DNA of 64,000 bases from positions 152,520,001-152,584,000 of the forward strand of contig NC_042998.1 of NCBI RefSeq assembly GCF_006345805.1, written 5' to 3'. This document shows positions 9,975-22,206 of this stretch, one piece after another. Position 1 is the first letter of the stretch. Every line of letters begins with the position of its first letter. Source of the stretch: Octopus sinensis (Eukaryota). The notes beneath the pieces were generated by a model. The model was not told where the DNA came from and searched no databases. It saw only the letters and a program-made list of their open reading frames with translations. Position numbers and translations under genes: made by a program.

Positions 9975-11200
9975 AGGGGAATTGGTATTGAGGGAGGTGG
10001 CTTTGTGCTAGTTGATGAAAGATTAATCTATGATAGAGGGACAGAAACAAGTGTAGAGGAGATACATGGTTACTCCAGTCAGGGTGAGAGCAAGAGATGG
10101 TGGTGGTGTGCCCAGATATACCTTCAAGGTACAAGGACTGGGTGCAATGAATGGAATTCCTTCCAACACCTTTCCTGCATATTGAGCAGGACCATTTACT
10201 TGACAGAAAGAGAATCCTATCTGCTTTCTTGCTCACAACAACTTTGGTTTTCACTAGGTTAACTTTAAGGCCCTTTGATTCCAGGTTTTTGCTTCCATAC
10301 CTGGAATTTCGTTTCTAGTTCTGCTATAAGAGCAAGGTCATCAGTGTATAGTAGTCCCCGTGGATAACCAGTTTTAAATTTCTCTGTTATGGCCTGGAGG
10401 ACTATAATGAATAAGAGTGAACTGAGAACTGAGCTCTGATGAACCCCTACTTGTATACTAAATTTATCACTGTACACATGGCTGACTCTCACCCCACTGA
10501 CAGTAGTACATGGCTTGTACAGCTCTAACAAGCCATTTGTCTTCTAACTTCTTTAGAGACCACCAGATAACAGAGCAAGGGACTCTGCCAAAGGCTTTCT
10601 CCAGGTTAACAAATGCCAAATACATTGATTTACATTTAGCTCTATATTTCAGCAACTGTCTCACTATGAAGATGGCATCTGTAGTACTTCTCCCTGGCAC
10701 AAAACCAAACTGCATCTCATCTGGTCTAATTTTATTCCTAATCAATTGGGGTATAACTCTCTCTCTAATTTTCATGACCTGCTCCAGCAGTTTGATATCT
10801 CTGTAATTGTTTCTGTCTAAAGCAACTCTTTTTACCCATGTAGCAGCTGACTTTAAAGCTGTTACACCAGTTATTCAGTGTAACACCTTCCTGTACCACC
10901 TGTTTGAATATACAGGTGAACAGACTGTATCCTACTTTAGATATTTTAAACATCTCAACAATGATAGCTGATGATCCAGGAACTTTCCCATATCTTCATA
11001 TCCTTAATTGCTTTATCTATCATACTGATGGATGGCCTCTCAGTTGGGACCATATTTGGAAGACTCTCCAACTCCCATGCATTCTTCATATTTAGCTACC
11101 TTTTCATAATAGCATTTCCATTGCCTCTTCCTTAGAATCACTAAGTGCAAGCATACCATTATCCATTCACATACATTTCTCACCCATAACATCTTTATTC
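9975..11200 (-). mobile_element. Decayed RTE LINE of the same family
   Basis: Minus ORFs 10467..10775 (QFGFVPGRSTTDAIFIVRQL...AFVNLEKAFGRVP), 10265..10531 (VGVHQSSVLSSLLF) and WSCSICRKGVGRNS. Confidence 0.85.
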
Positions 11201-11204
11201 TCAT

Positions 11205-11860
11205 CATCGTTTAATGTTCGCTTTCCGTGCTGTCATGGGTTGGACAGTTTGACTGAGGACTAGCAAGCCAGGAGGCTGCACCAGGCTCCAGTCTGTTTTG
11301 GTAAGGTTTCTACAACTGGATGCCCTTCTTAATACCTACCATTCTGAGAGTGTAGTGGGTGCATTTTACGTGTCACCAGCACAGGGGCCAATCAGGTGGC
11401 ACTGACAATGACCTCGCTTGAATGGTGCTTTTTATGTGTCACTAGCATGGGAGCCAGTCAGGCAACACTGGCATTGACCACACTCAAATGGTGCTTTTTA
11501 TGTTCCATGGGCCATGCTTGAAAGGTACCTTTTACATATCACTGGCCACATTCAAATGGTGCTTTTTACGTACCACCGACACGAGTGCCAGTCAGACGGC
11601 ACACTGCTTTGTAATCCAGAAAATCTCTTGCCTCTGATCTTCATGCTGTAAAACATTAGCAAATCTACTTTCTGCTCCCTTCACTGCAAAACTGTCACCT
11701 AGCTTCCCTTCTCTGATACCATCATTTTCCCAGTATTTCCAGGCTTGTCTCTCTGCTTTTATTGCACTGTCTATCTCCTTGTTTCCGATGGTAACCATTG
11801 TTACCCTCCATCTGGCTGGCACCAGCCCTCAGCAGGTTATCCTCTAAGCTATATGTCTCC
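11205..11860 (-). mobile_element. RTE 3' UTR with hairpin-unit array, fused to an ORF linker fragment (internal deletion)
   Basis: (cat)n tail at 11205. Units ggtgctttttaYgtgYcacc.gcac at 11355-11600. Minus ORF 11592..11822 reads AIKAERQAWKYW...ESRFANVL.HEDQR.EIF. Confidence 0.8.
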
Positions 11861-11877
11861 AACTTCTTGTCTGGAGA

Positions 11878-13103
11878 ATACGTCAAAAAGTTCCCAGACT
11901 AGTTATGTTTATAAATTGGTTATCTAAGTTTTAACATAATTTCCTTCGAAATAGTCACCTTGCGCAGTAATACAGCAGTCCCAGCATTTCTGCCACTTTT
12001 GGAATCTGGCCTGAAAGTCGTTTTCTGCAAGCAAGTTGAGGACCTTCTGCAATTTGCTCTGGATTTTGACATCTGCGACGTTTGAGCTGCATTTTCATCT
12101 TGGGGAAGAGATGGAAGTCCACAGGTGCTAAATCTGGTGAATAGGGCAGGTGCAGAAGCGATACTATGTTTTTGATGAGAAACTCCTAAGTGAGGAGAGT
12201 TCAGTGATGGTGCATTGTTGTCATAAAAAATCCAATTCTTTGTGCTTCACAGATTCAGTCACTTTCACCAAGTGCCCTTCCTCAAATGCTTCAAAACATT
12301 GCAGTAGAACTCTTGATTGGTGGTTTGGCCCTGAGGGATGTATTCTTGATGCACAATACTATGGATGTCAGAAACAATGATGAGCACATGCCTTCTTTGG
12401 TTGTGGAGATAAAAGCCTCTTTCACTGTGATTACTGCTGCTTCATCTCGGGGTCGTACCCACAAACCCAACTCTCATCACCAGTGATGATCCTCAACATA
12501 AAGGCTGGGTCATCAGTGGTACACTGATGGAAATCTTGACAGACATCAATGTGGTATTCTTTCTGCTCAGTGATGAGCAGACAGGGGATAGACTTGGCAG
12601 ATACACTGCATGTTCAATTTAGACAATAGGATTGCCTGCACAGACCCATATGACAGACCAACAGCATCAGCAATGTTGTTGATAGTCCTCCAATGATCCT
12701 GCTGCACAAGGGCTGACACTCATGGCAGGTCTTCCAGATTGCTTGTAATCACCCAGAGACATTATTCTGCTTTTGAAGTACCTGTGCCACTCAAAACCTT
12801 GCATACAGCCCATTGCCTCATCACTGTCAGCTTGCCAAAGCATGCTCAATGACTCTGTAGCAGACTTTCCAAGTTTAATGCAAAATTTCACATTGGCTCT
12901 TTGTTCCAGCCTTTGCATGATAAAATTGCAGACTACAGCTTAGAAGTGATCACAAATTTTATAACTTGTGAAGTAGACACAGTGATGTCACTCAGCAGAC
13001 TGTCTCATGAAGATCACTGCTAGCTCTCACCGCACACACAACCATGCAGCCATCTGTTGGCTGCATGTACAGAACTAGTCCAGGAACTTTTTGATACCAC
13101 CTC
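11878..13103 (-). mobile_element. Full-length defective mariner transposon
   Basis: N-terminal EQRANVKFCIKLGKSATE...FEWHRYFKS...SGRP (12667..12918). DESW at ~12480, DNA-motif region at ~12230, and PYSPDLAP.DF.LFP at ~12110-12150. TIR-like ends tcaaaaagttcccagact (11883) and agtccaggaactttttgataccacctc (13077-13103). Confidence 0.9.
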
Positions 13104-13437
13104 TCATCTCTAAATTTCTGTTCCATAACCTCCTTTTCCAGACTGTTTTGTTTCTCCAAGTCCTTCTAGCTCTAGTTCTCTAATTCTGAAGCAACTGACT
13201 ACTAATTTATGTTGGATTGTGTGTGTGTATATATATATTTATATATATATATGTCTGTTTGCTTTCAAATTCAAAATAATTTTACTTTGAATTGAAGGAT
13301 TACTCACTACTTTTGTAGAGTACAAATTTATTTTTTAAAAGAATAGTATTGACAGCAACTTCAAGGTTCTGGCTAGCTAAGCCATCATTGGATTGTCCAA
13401 TACTATTCTTGATAAAGAATAGTAAATATATATAATA

Positions 13438-13611
13438 ATCATCATTTAATGTCTGTTCTTTTTTTCATGCTAGCATGAGTTGGATGGTTTGACAGGAGCT
13501 GGGAAGCCAAAAAGCTGCACCAGGCTTTAATTGTCTGTTTTGACATGGTTTCTCTGGCTGGATGCCCTTCCTAACACCGACCACTCTACAGAGTGTACTG
13601 GGTACATCAGA
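13438..13611 (-). mobile_element. RTE 3' tail leading directly into the 26-bp satellite
   Basis: atcatcatttaatgtc...catgctagcatgagttggat...gctggatgcccttcctaacacc...gagtgtactgggt. Confidence 0.85.
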
Positions 13612-14152
13612 CATGGCACCTGTATGGGTGCTTCATACGTGGCACCTGAATGGATGCTTCATACATGGCACCTGAAAGGGTGCTTTATACGTGGAACCTG
13701 AATGGGTGCTTCATATGTAACACCTGAATGGATGTTTTATACATGGCACTTGAATGGGTGATTTATATGTGGCACTTGAATCGGAGCCTTTATTTGTGGC
13801 ACCTATATGAGTGCTTCATACATTGCACCTGTATGGGTGCTTGATACATGGCACCGACACAGGTGCATTATATGTGGAACCAGCACGGATGCATCATGTG
13901 ACACCAGCACGGGTACTTCATACATGGCACCAGCATGGGTGCCTCATACATGACACTAGCATGGCCACATCATGTGGCACCAGCATGGGTGCTTCATACA
14001 TGACACCAGCATGGGTGCATAACACGTGACACCAGCAAGGGTTCTTCACACATGGAACCAGCTCAAATGCTTCGTATGTGACACCAGCACAGGTGTTTTT
14101 TACGTGACACCAGCATGTGTGCTTTTTACATGGTATTAACATGGGTGCTTAA
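13612..14152. repeat. 26-bp minisatellite, about 20 diverged copies
   Basis: Unit catggcacctgtatgggtgcttcata / cgtggcacctgaatggatgcttcata, grading into tgtgacaccagcatgggtgcttcata toward the right end. Confidence 0.9.
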
Positions 14153-14439
14153 GTAATACAGAGCTGATGGAAGACCGAATTATGTGTGTGAAGGGATAAT
14201 GTCCATAAAGGACTTGCCTGCATGTATAGTTGGTCATGATTTTACTGAACTTGGCATGGTCTTCCCATGCACAGTAAATCCCCAGAAGTTTTGATCATGT
14301 GTGTGTTTTTATATATATATATATAGAGGTTGATAGATAGATATTGATATATATTTATTCACATAAATACACATCAGTAGCAGTAGTGAAAATGACTTAT
14401 TGTATAGCTTCTCTTTTTCTTACAAGTTATGTGGCAGGT

Positions 14440-16275
14440 TCTACCTGATCAAAAACTGTGCTGGGTGTCAGTCATGAAGCTATTCTCTTCAAAGAATGCA
14501 ATTAGTTTTCTGTGGACTATTCGTTCCATGACTTTGAGGTCAGAGAGATAAGGCTGTAATTTTTAGCATCTGCTCTACTTCCTCCTTTATGAATAGGGTA
14601 TATCATTCCCTCCACTTGCTAGGAAACTCTGAAAAAGAAGCTGCAGTGGTTTTGCAAGGGCTCATTTGCATGATTTGAGAAGGATTGCTGGGAATCCATT
14701 GAGGCCAGCAGCTGAGTTTGCATCTACATCATTACATCCTTTTCTCTGATATTGATGTAATCAGTTGTTACTGCCAACTTTTTGGAAGAGTTGCCCTACC
14801 CTCTATCACACTAGTTCAAATTCCGCCGAGGTTGACTTTGCCTTTCATCCTTTCGGGGTCGATAAATTAAGTACCAGTTACGCACTGGGGTCGATGTAAT
14901 CGACTTAATACCTATGTCTGTCCTTGTTTGTCCCCTCTGTGTTTAGCCCCTTGTGGGTAATAAAGAAATAGGTAATTTCTTTGGCATACTTAAAGAAGGC
15001 TTTAGGGTTTGATTTTATATTTTCTAATACTTTGGCTTCTTTGCTCTTTCTTTTTTGTGAGAATGTTTCTGATTTTTCTCAGTCTCTGGCAGTATTGTTT
15101 CTAGATGAGATTTTTCACCACCATTGAGTTCTCTGTTGCAGTCTTTTTGTGCAGTGGCCTTTCTTTCTGATATAATCTTGTAGCATATGGCTTGCATTAT
15201 ATACATGAATTCTTTGAATTTCATATCGATATCAGGTGTAGAGAGACATTGAATTCAATCCTCTGTTGATCTCTTTTTCAACTGATTTCCAGTCTGGTCT
15301 TTGGAAGTTCAGATTGGATAGATTTCAGGTGCTTTTCATTGGCTGCATGTAGGCAAGTTCCTTTGCTCCATACATGGTCAGCTCCATCATATTATGATCC
15401 AAGACTAACATCAGTGCGTCTTTGATCCATTGGCTGTGGCAGTCTTGTATGATGGTGGAGATGGCTCTAACCCTGAAACTGATGTAGCCAGGTCAGTTGC
15501 TGTACAGTCTTTTGAACTATGCATAAAAAAAGATTGTTGCTCAGCTTCAGCCTTTATGATGACATTTGGATAGGGCCAGCTCTTGGAAGTAGTGTGCACT
15601 ACAACAGCATATTTTCATTTGATACAGGTAATGTGCAACTTTTTCTCCTTTGGGAGTCTATTTGCTGGTCCCATTTCTATTGTTCAGGGTATCTTTTGTC
15701 TCAGTGTTTATTTTCTTTTTAACTATTTGTACTTTTGGTTATGGGCTGTCTAACTTATTTCTTTCTTTGGTTGCTCTATTTGGGAGTTTTTTCTTTTTCA
15801 TTTGTATCTTCATCAGAAGCTTTTGTTGTCCTGTTTTCATTCATTTTTCCTTTTGTCTTTTTATAGCCCTTTCATCTCTTTAGTTGTTCATATTGGTGGT
15901 GGTTAGGCCATTTGTGCTGGTGTCTCTTTCCTTGGCAGGTCCTTCACTCATGGTTTCATTTGTGTTCCCTTGTGAGTTAGTAGAACCAGGGAAATATTTG
16001 TCACATCAGTGTCTCCGTCCTTGTCATCTTTTTTCTATTTGTGTTCAAAGAGGAGCCATAGATCCTAATGTGAGGTCTGATGAGAGCATAGGAATGGGTG
16101 AATTCTTGTTTCTTCCACTCTATCTGAGCAGTAATCCTTGTGTAGCCATTGCTCAGTAATACTGCCATTATTATATTATTTGGATTGTCTCCCGATATTT
16201 GCCAGCCTCTTAAACATAATTTCAGTTCTGTGGTCCTCCAGTTTCAAAACATCTTTAGCATGATTCTCTGTCATT
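14440..16275 (-). mobile_element. Old CR1-group LINE fragments (RT start, linker, APE remnant, possible ORF1 remnant), interrupted by a SINE
   Basis: ctctacttcctcctttatgaatagggt and gtcagagagataaggctgtaattttt match the CR1 RT start. Minus ORF 15024..15224 (KFKEFM.IMQAICYK...EKNQK.SHKKERA) matches the linker at 27687..28025. Confidence 0.75.
14813..14975 (+). mobile_element. SINE 3' part with a Nin-like central domain; other copies on the minus strand at ~3530-3680, ~51255-51445 and ~53385-53530
   Basis: aattccgccgaggttgactttgcctttcatcctttcggggtcgataaattaagtaccagtt...ggggtcgatgtaatcgac, then an A-rich taataaagaaata end. Confidence 0.8.
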
Positions 16276-16407
16276 TCCTACTGTATATATGTTGTGAAGA
16301 GATAAAGAGATAGAAAGGAACAAAGATGTACATTCGTATTGATCTGTGAGTGGGTATACCTACACAAAGATAAGGAGGTGGGATAAACTTATTTATATAT
16401 GTATAGT

Positions 16408-16446
<39 letters not shown>

Positions 16447-16504
16447 GTATGTAAATAATGTGTATGTCCATATATATACATATATGTATCTCTCTCTCTC
16501 TCTC

Positions 16505-16582
<78 letters not shown>

Positions 16583-16607
16583 ATATATATTATATATTAT
16601 TTATATT

Positions 16608-16773
16608 AAGGGCATTACTATACATAAATGCCTCACGCTAGGAGGGACTCTTAAAGTCATAACTACTATAATAACCACATTGTACCGAACGCGAGGAACA
16701 ATGTGGTTATTGTAGTAGTTCTGACTTTAAGAGTCCCTCCTAGCATGAGGCATTTATGTATAGTAATGCCCTT
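16608..16773. mobile_element. Palindromic (foldback) MITE in a TA microsatellite
   Basis: Arms 16608-16683 and 16698-16773 (76 bp, 3 mismatches), 14-nt loop accgaacgcgagga, TA-rich flanks. Confidence 0.85.
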
Positions 16774-16975
16774 TATATAAATAAATATATTTATAGGGAA
16801 TAATTAATAAATTTTCCCTTATGAGGGTTTTCACGCTATCTACTTGATAAATTCTTATAAAGATTTTATCCTATATTCAAATTATATATATATATATATG
16901 TACATCTCTGTATATATACATATATACACACATATACATCTTGTGTGTGTGTATATATACGCACACACACACATG

Positions 16976-17560
16976 TATCATCATCATCATTTAATGTCCA
17001 TTTTCCCAGCTGGCATTGGTTGGACAGTTTGACTGAAGACTGGTGAGCCAGGGGCTGCACAAGGCTCAATCTGGTCTGGCAACTTTCTACAGCTGGATGC
17101 CCTTCCTAACACCAATCACTCCGAGAGTATAGTGGGTGCTTTTTACGTGCCACCAGCATGAGGGCTAGTCAGGCAGTTCTGGAAATGACCACGTTCATGT
17201 TCAAAAGGTGTTTTGACGTGCTACCTGCAGAGGAGCCAGTCCATCAACGCTGGCAACAATCACACTGGAATGTTGTTTTTCACATGCCACTGGCACATGT
17301 GCCTGTAAGGCAACGCTGGCAATGATCATGCTCAAATGGTACTTTTCAAATGTCATCGGCACGGGAGCCAATCCATGGCCCTGGCAACAATCGCGCTTGG
17401 ATGTGCTTTTAATGTTCTACTGGCATGAGTGCCAATCAGGCGTTACTGTCATCGGCCACATCAGCGATTTTGGTTTGTTTACATTTCCTTCAATAGGTCT
17501 TTGCAAGCAAAGTTCATTGTCCAGTGAATGAGGGGTACTCATAAGTGGCTCGGTTACACC
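16976..17560 (-). mobile_element. RTE 3' UTR fragment with five hairpin units
   Basis: (cat)n tail, gctggatgcccttcctaac, five units of ggtgYttttt..gtgcca..ggcac...gccag-loop-ctggc type, then aggtctttgcaagcaaag. Confidence 0.85.
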
Positions 17561-17592
17561 CCACGTTCGGATGTGTTTTTAACGTTTTTAAA

Positions 17593-17752
17593 GCTTCTTT
17601 CAGTTTCCCATCTACCAAATTCACTTATAAGGCTCTGGTCGGCCTGCAGCTGTAGTAGAAGACACTTGCCCAAGGTGCCACATGGTGGGACTGAACCCAG
17701 AATCCTGTTGTTGGGAAGCAAGCTTCTTATCACACAGCCACTCCTGCACCTG
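17593..17752 (-). mobile_element. tRNA-SINE 5' half
   Basis: Reverse complement of gcaggagtggctgtgtg...gggttcagtcccac...ccttgggcaagtgtcttctact, matching 35729 onward. Confidence 0.85.
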
Positions 17753-17791
17753 TATATATATATATGTAAATATATATTTAGGGTGAATACT

Positions 17792-17829
<38 letters not shown>

Positions 17830-17831
<2 letters not shown>

Positions 17832-18090
17832 CATCATCATCATCATCCAGTGTTTTAAATCTGGGTTTTGTCCCCGTTGACTGAGGTGGCTGGATCCACC
17901 TCAGTGCCATAGCAACTGAGGCAGGCTGGTGCAGCCCACCCCATCCTTTGGGCTGCCTAGTGCCCATTCTTCCTTGCTATCATGAGGCTTTTTTAGAGCT
18001 GAATTTTCTAAAGGAAGTATGCCCTTGCTTATCCCCAACCTCAGTTTCTAGACATGAGTAGTCCTGAGACCAAGGACTCTACCACGGTTT
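17830..18090 (-). mobile_element. 3' end of another (GAT)n-tailed non-LTR element
   Basis: (cat)n at 17830-17846 and a perfect 10-bp stem ACTGAGGTGG-ctggat-CCACCTCAGT (17880-17905). No ORF to classify it. Confidence 0.45.
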
Positions 18091-18699
18091 TTAAAAAGAT
18101 GTGGTGGGAAACTAGCTCAGGAAGATAGAGACGCTACTCCCTGAGACCCTTTTCGGAGCCCCCCCCCCCCTACCTACATATATATAAATTTGAAATAAGC
18201 AGAAAATGGAGAAAACTTTTGATCAACAAACAAATTGACTACCATCGGTTATTATTTTTTTAAGGCAAAACTTTAACATTGGTAACAGCCATTTCTGCTA
18301 CCATTGTCAGTCAGTGCTGCCAAAGGAAATTATGAGAATAATATTCGTCCTCTTTTTTAGCACATCCAGTCTGGTACATGGAGCTTCATCAGAGTGCATA
18401 CAAATACATAAAAGAAGAGAAGAGGGAAGAGGAAAGAACAGCGTCTCAAGATGAGGAAAGAAGGCTTAATAAATTAGAATCACACCATTTTGTAGTGAAA
18501 AGCTTGAAATCAATGAGCAAATGAATAAACTAGAAAAATAATTCTTTAGGAGTACCAGGGTATATAAATAATAATAAAATAAAACTAATAATTAAGTATA
18601 ACTGGATTCACCAATAAGTTTAGAAAAAGAATAGCACTTATAATTTCGTAAATAGTGCTAATTAATATTTATCCAAAAACATACCCATAAAGATGTTAC

Positions 18700-19228
18700 A
18701 ATAGTGTACTTACTGATATATTATAAAGACCAACCACCTGTTGTTCGTTATACAATTCGCTATACAACATCATGTGTATTGTGTGTCTTGTTAGTCCACT
18801 TTCACGAGCTGCTTGACATGTTGATTTTTGCAGGCTGTGATTAAACATTTCCTGCACTGTTGCCACATTCTCCACTGATCAGAATGTAGTTGAACGGCCA
18901 CTTTTTCTTGCATCAGTCACAGAGCCCATGGTCATTAGCTTTGCATGAACACTTTCTATTGTCTCCCGACGTAGTGTTGCATTCTTACCTTTCCATGCAT
19001 GCCACCATCTCTGAACTAAAACAATGGAATTCCACACTTCATAGCATGCTGCTATGTTAAGTCGCTCCTGAACAGTCAAGAGACCAGCTATCTGGAAAAT
19101 AAGAAATAGGGCAATAAGAAATCCCCATTAGTGTTGTCTGTTTAAAAACTGTTTTCATCATGGTTTCAGTGATTCTAAAAATTCTATAAGCAATTTCTAA
19201 TGCCCAGTTACTTTCCACACACCTTGGA
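18700..19228 (-). mobile_element. Tc1/mariner-superfamily 5' fragment (N-terminal HTH, DUF4817-like)
   Basis: ORF 18879..19079 reads MTVQERLNIAACYEVWNSIVLVQRWW...RRETIESVHAKLMTMGSVTDARKSGR. TIR-like caaggtgtgtggaaagtaactgggca on the minus strand at ~19201-19226. Confidence 0.75.
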
Positions 19229-19271
19229 TATGTATCTATCTGTCTATCTACCTACCGGTCTATCTATCTAC

Positions 19272-20716
19272 ATATCATCATCATCGGTTAATGTCTGCTT
19301 TCCATGCTAGCATGGGTTGGACAGTTTGACCGGAGTCTGGGAAACCAGGAGGCTGCACCAGGCTCCAGTCTCATCTGGCAGTGTTTCTACAGCTGGATGC
19401 CCTTCCTAATGCCAACCACTCCGTGAGTGGGTGCTTTTTATGTGCCACTGGCACAAGGGCCAGTTAGGGGATATTGGCATTGACCACATTTGAATGGTGC
19501 TTTTTTACATGCCGCCAGTATGGGAGCCAGTTATGTGGTACTGGCAACGATTACACTTGAATGGTGCTTTTACATGCCACTGGCATGGGACCAGTCAGGC
19601 AGCACTGGCATTGACCACACTCAAATGGTACTTTTTATGTGTCACTGGCACGGGTGCCAATCAGATGGTACTCTCATTGGCCACAACAATGACTTCACTT
19701 AACAGGTCTTTGCAAGCACAGTTTATTGCCCAATTATTGAAGGGTACTCTTAAATGGGCTGGTTATGCTGCACTGGCATAGGCCACGGTTACGGTTTCAC
19801 TTGGTTTGCCAGGTCGTCTCAAGCACAGCATATCTCCAAAGGTCTCAGTCAGTGTTTATTGCCCCTGAGCATTTTCCACACACAAAAACTATCTTCCCAG
19901 TTAGCCTTCTTTTGATATTGCTGCACCTCTTATATGTCCATAGGTACATCTTATGGAGTTTCTACCTATGCCTTTTCTACAGATCAAGCAGTACCATCTG
20001 CCTGAAGGGATTTGTGATTTGTCTGCCTACCTGCTTATTAAGACTTTGGTTTTTGCTAGATTGACTCTAAGGCCCTTCGATTCTAATCCTTGCTTCCTCA
20101 CCTGAAACTTCTCTAGTTCTGATAGTGACTTAGCTATTAGAGCAAGGTCATCAATATAGAGAAGCTGCCAGGGGCATCCTGTCTTGGAATTCTTTCGTTA
20201 TTAACTGGAGGACTATGGTGGACCCCTACCCAGAATTCTTCACAATACTCGTTGCCAACCCTCACCTTACTGACAGCATCCCTGTACATGCCTTGTACAG
20301 CTCTCACTAACCACTCATCTGTGCCTAGTTTCTGCATTGACCACCAGCTAAGGGATCAGGGGACCCTGTCAAAGACTTTCTCCATGTCTACGAAAGCCAG
20401 GTACAGAGATTTATCTTTGGCTAGGTATTTTTCCTGCAGTTGTCTTACCAGAAATATAGCATCAGTGGTGCTTTTCCCTGGCACAAACCCAAACTGCATC
20501 CTGCCTAAACTGACTCTCTCCTTAATTAGTTGGGCTATGACCTTCATTACCTGATCCAACAACTTGATACCGCTGTAATTATTTATATCTAAAGTGTCAC
20601 CTTTACTTTTGTAGCAGTTGACTATGGTGCTGCTCCACCAGTCATTGGGTATGACTCCTTCATGTATCACCTGATTGACTATACGGGTGACTAGACTATA
20701 GCCAACACCGCCAGAC
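19272..20716 (-). mobile_element. RTE LINE fragment (3' UTR array plus deleted ORF), truncated at its 5' side by a mariner
   Basis: Tail and 4 hairpin units at 19272-19690. Minus ORFs 20356..20748 (IPNDWWSSTIVNCYKSKGD...QFGFVPGKSTTDAIFLVRQLQEKYL...FVDMEKVFDRVP) and 20137..20337. Confidence 0.88.
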
Positions 20717-20723
20717 ATATATA

Positions 20724-21960
20724 TATCAGGCACAACGTTTTGAACCATGAAGAATTTGTACCAGATTTTTGCAGAGTTTTGATAATTTTTTAAACATTTT
20801 TTTGCAATTGTCTGATGATATAGACATAAACTTACCCAAATGCATCAATAAATTAACGTTGATATTTTTTTCACTATTGTTACAATCATCTGAAATGGAA
20901 CTGTCAAAGTGTGATATTCAACTTCAAAAAAGGACATAAAGCAGCTGAAACTGCTTGCAATATCAACAAAATGTTTGATGAGGAAATGACCAGTGAGTAG
21001 TCAGTTCATAAATGGTTTAAACAATTTCGCAGTGGAGACCTGAGCCTTGAAGATATTGAGCATAGTGGACGCCCATCTGTCATCAATGATGGTCAATTAA
21101 AGACCTCATTGAGAAAAATCCATGTAAAACCACTCAAGAACTGGCAAACCATAAAATGCCTGCAACCATTTGCATGCGATCAAAAAGCTCAACAAATGGG
21201 TACCATGCGTTTTAATGAAAATCGGAAAATGTGCAGGTATGAAATTTGCACGTCACTTCTTCTCCATAACCAGACCAATTCATTTCTCAACCATATTGTA
21301 ACTTGTGATGAAAAGTGGATTCTGTATAATAATAATAATAATAAATGTTCTTCACAGTGGTTGGACCAAAATGAAGCACCGAAAACCTTCCCTATACCCA
21401 AGCTCTTCAAAAAGAAGGTTATGGTGACTGTTTAGTGGTGTACTGCTGGACTCATCCACTATCACTTCTTAAAACCCAGAAAAAACATTACTGCAGAAAC
21501 ATTGCTATGAAATTAACAAAATGAACAAAAAACTGCTACTCCTCCATCTCAGACTGGTCAACAGAAGAGGGCCAATCATTTTTCATGACAATGCTCAATC
21601 ACACATTTCCCTAATGATGCTCCAGACATTGAGGGAACTTAACTATGAAGTTCTTCCCCACCCAGCTTATTCTCCAGACCTTTCTCCTACCAACTACCAC
21701 TTTTTCAAGCACCTTGAGGGTTTCCTGCAAGAGAAGGAGTTCAAAAATCAAACCGATGCTGTAACTGTGTTCAAAGAGTTCATCAGCTCCAGAACTTCAG
21801 ATTTTTTATGTTACCGGAATAAACAAACTTGTAACTTGTTGGCAAAAATGTGTTGATTGTAATGGTACTTATTTTGATGAATAAAATTTCTGCATTGTTG
21901 AAATTTACTGTGATGAATTTCATGTTTCAAAACGTTGCTTATTTTTTATTCAGCCTGATA
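20724..21960 (+). mobile_element. Mariner transposon, Hsmar1/cecropia-like, defective
   Basis: GHKAAETACNIN...KWFKQFRSGDLSLED.EHSGRP, IVTCDEKWILYNN, IFHDNAQSH and LPHPAYSPDLSPTNYHFFKHL. Right TIR ...caaaacgttgcttattttttattcagcctgata. Left TIR tatcaggc..caacgttttgaaccatgaa carries a short deletion. TA flanks. Confidence 0.93.
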
Positions 21961-22206
21961 TATATGTGTGTGTATGTATGCATGTGAAGATCCTACGTGT
22001 TGCTAGCACAAGAGGTGAAACCGATACTGTGATGTCTGTACTTTTAAAAAAATAGAGCTATTTTTATTATATTCACTGCATTAACCATGTGTGTTCACTT
22101 AGAGTGAAATATGTGGCTTTCGAGTGTTGACACTTCTTTCTAGCATACCTGGTATATTTTGTACCCTAATTTTTATGTATGTATATATATATATATATGT
22201 GTGTAT

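Noticed and set aside
13612-14152. CRISPR-like appearance of the 26-bp array and of the RTE UTR arrays
   Set aside because: Eukaryotic context, no cas genes, no unique constant-length spacers in the 26-mer array, and loops in the UTR arrays are mutually related. Reported as repeats, not CRISPR.
18345-18530. Possible exon after ctcttttttag encoding HPVWYMELHQSAYKYIKEEKREEE...
   Set aside because: All three frames reach a stop before any good donor, and there is no recognisable motif. More likely purine-rich TE debris.
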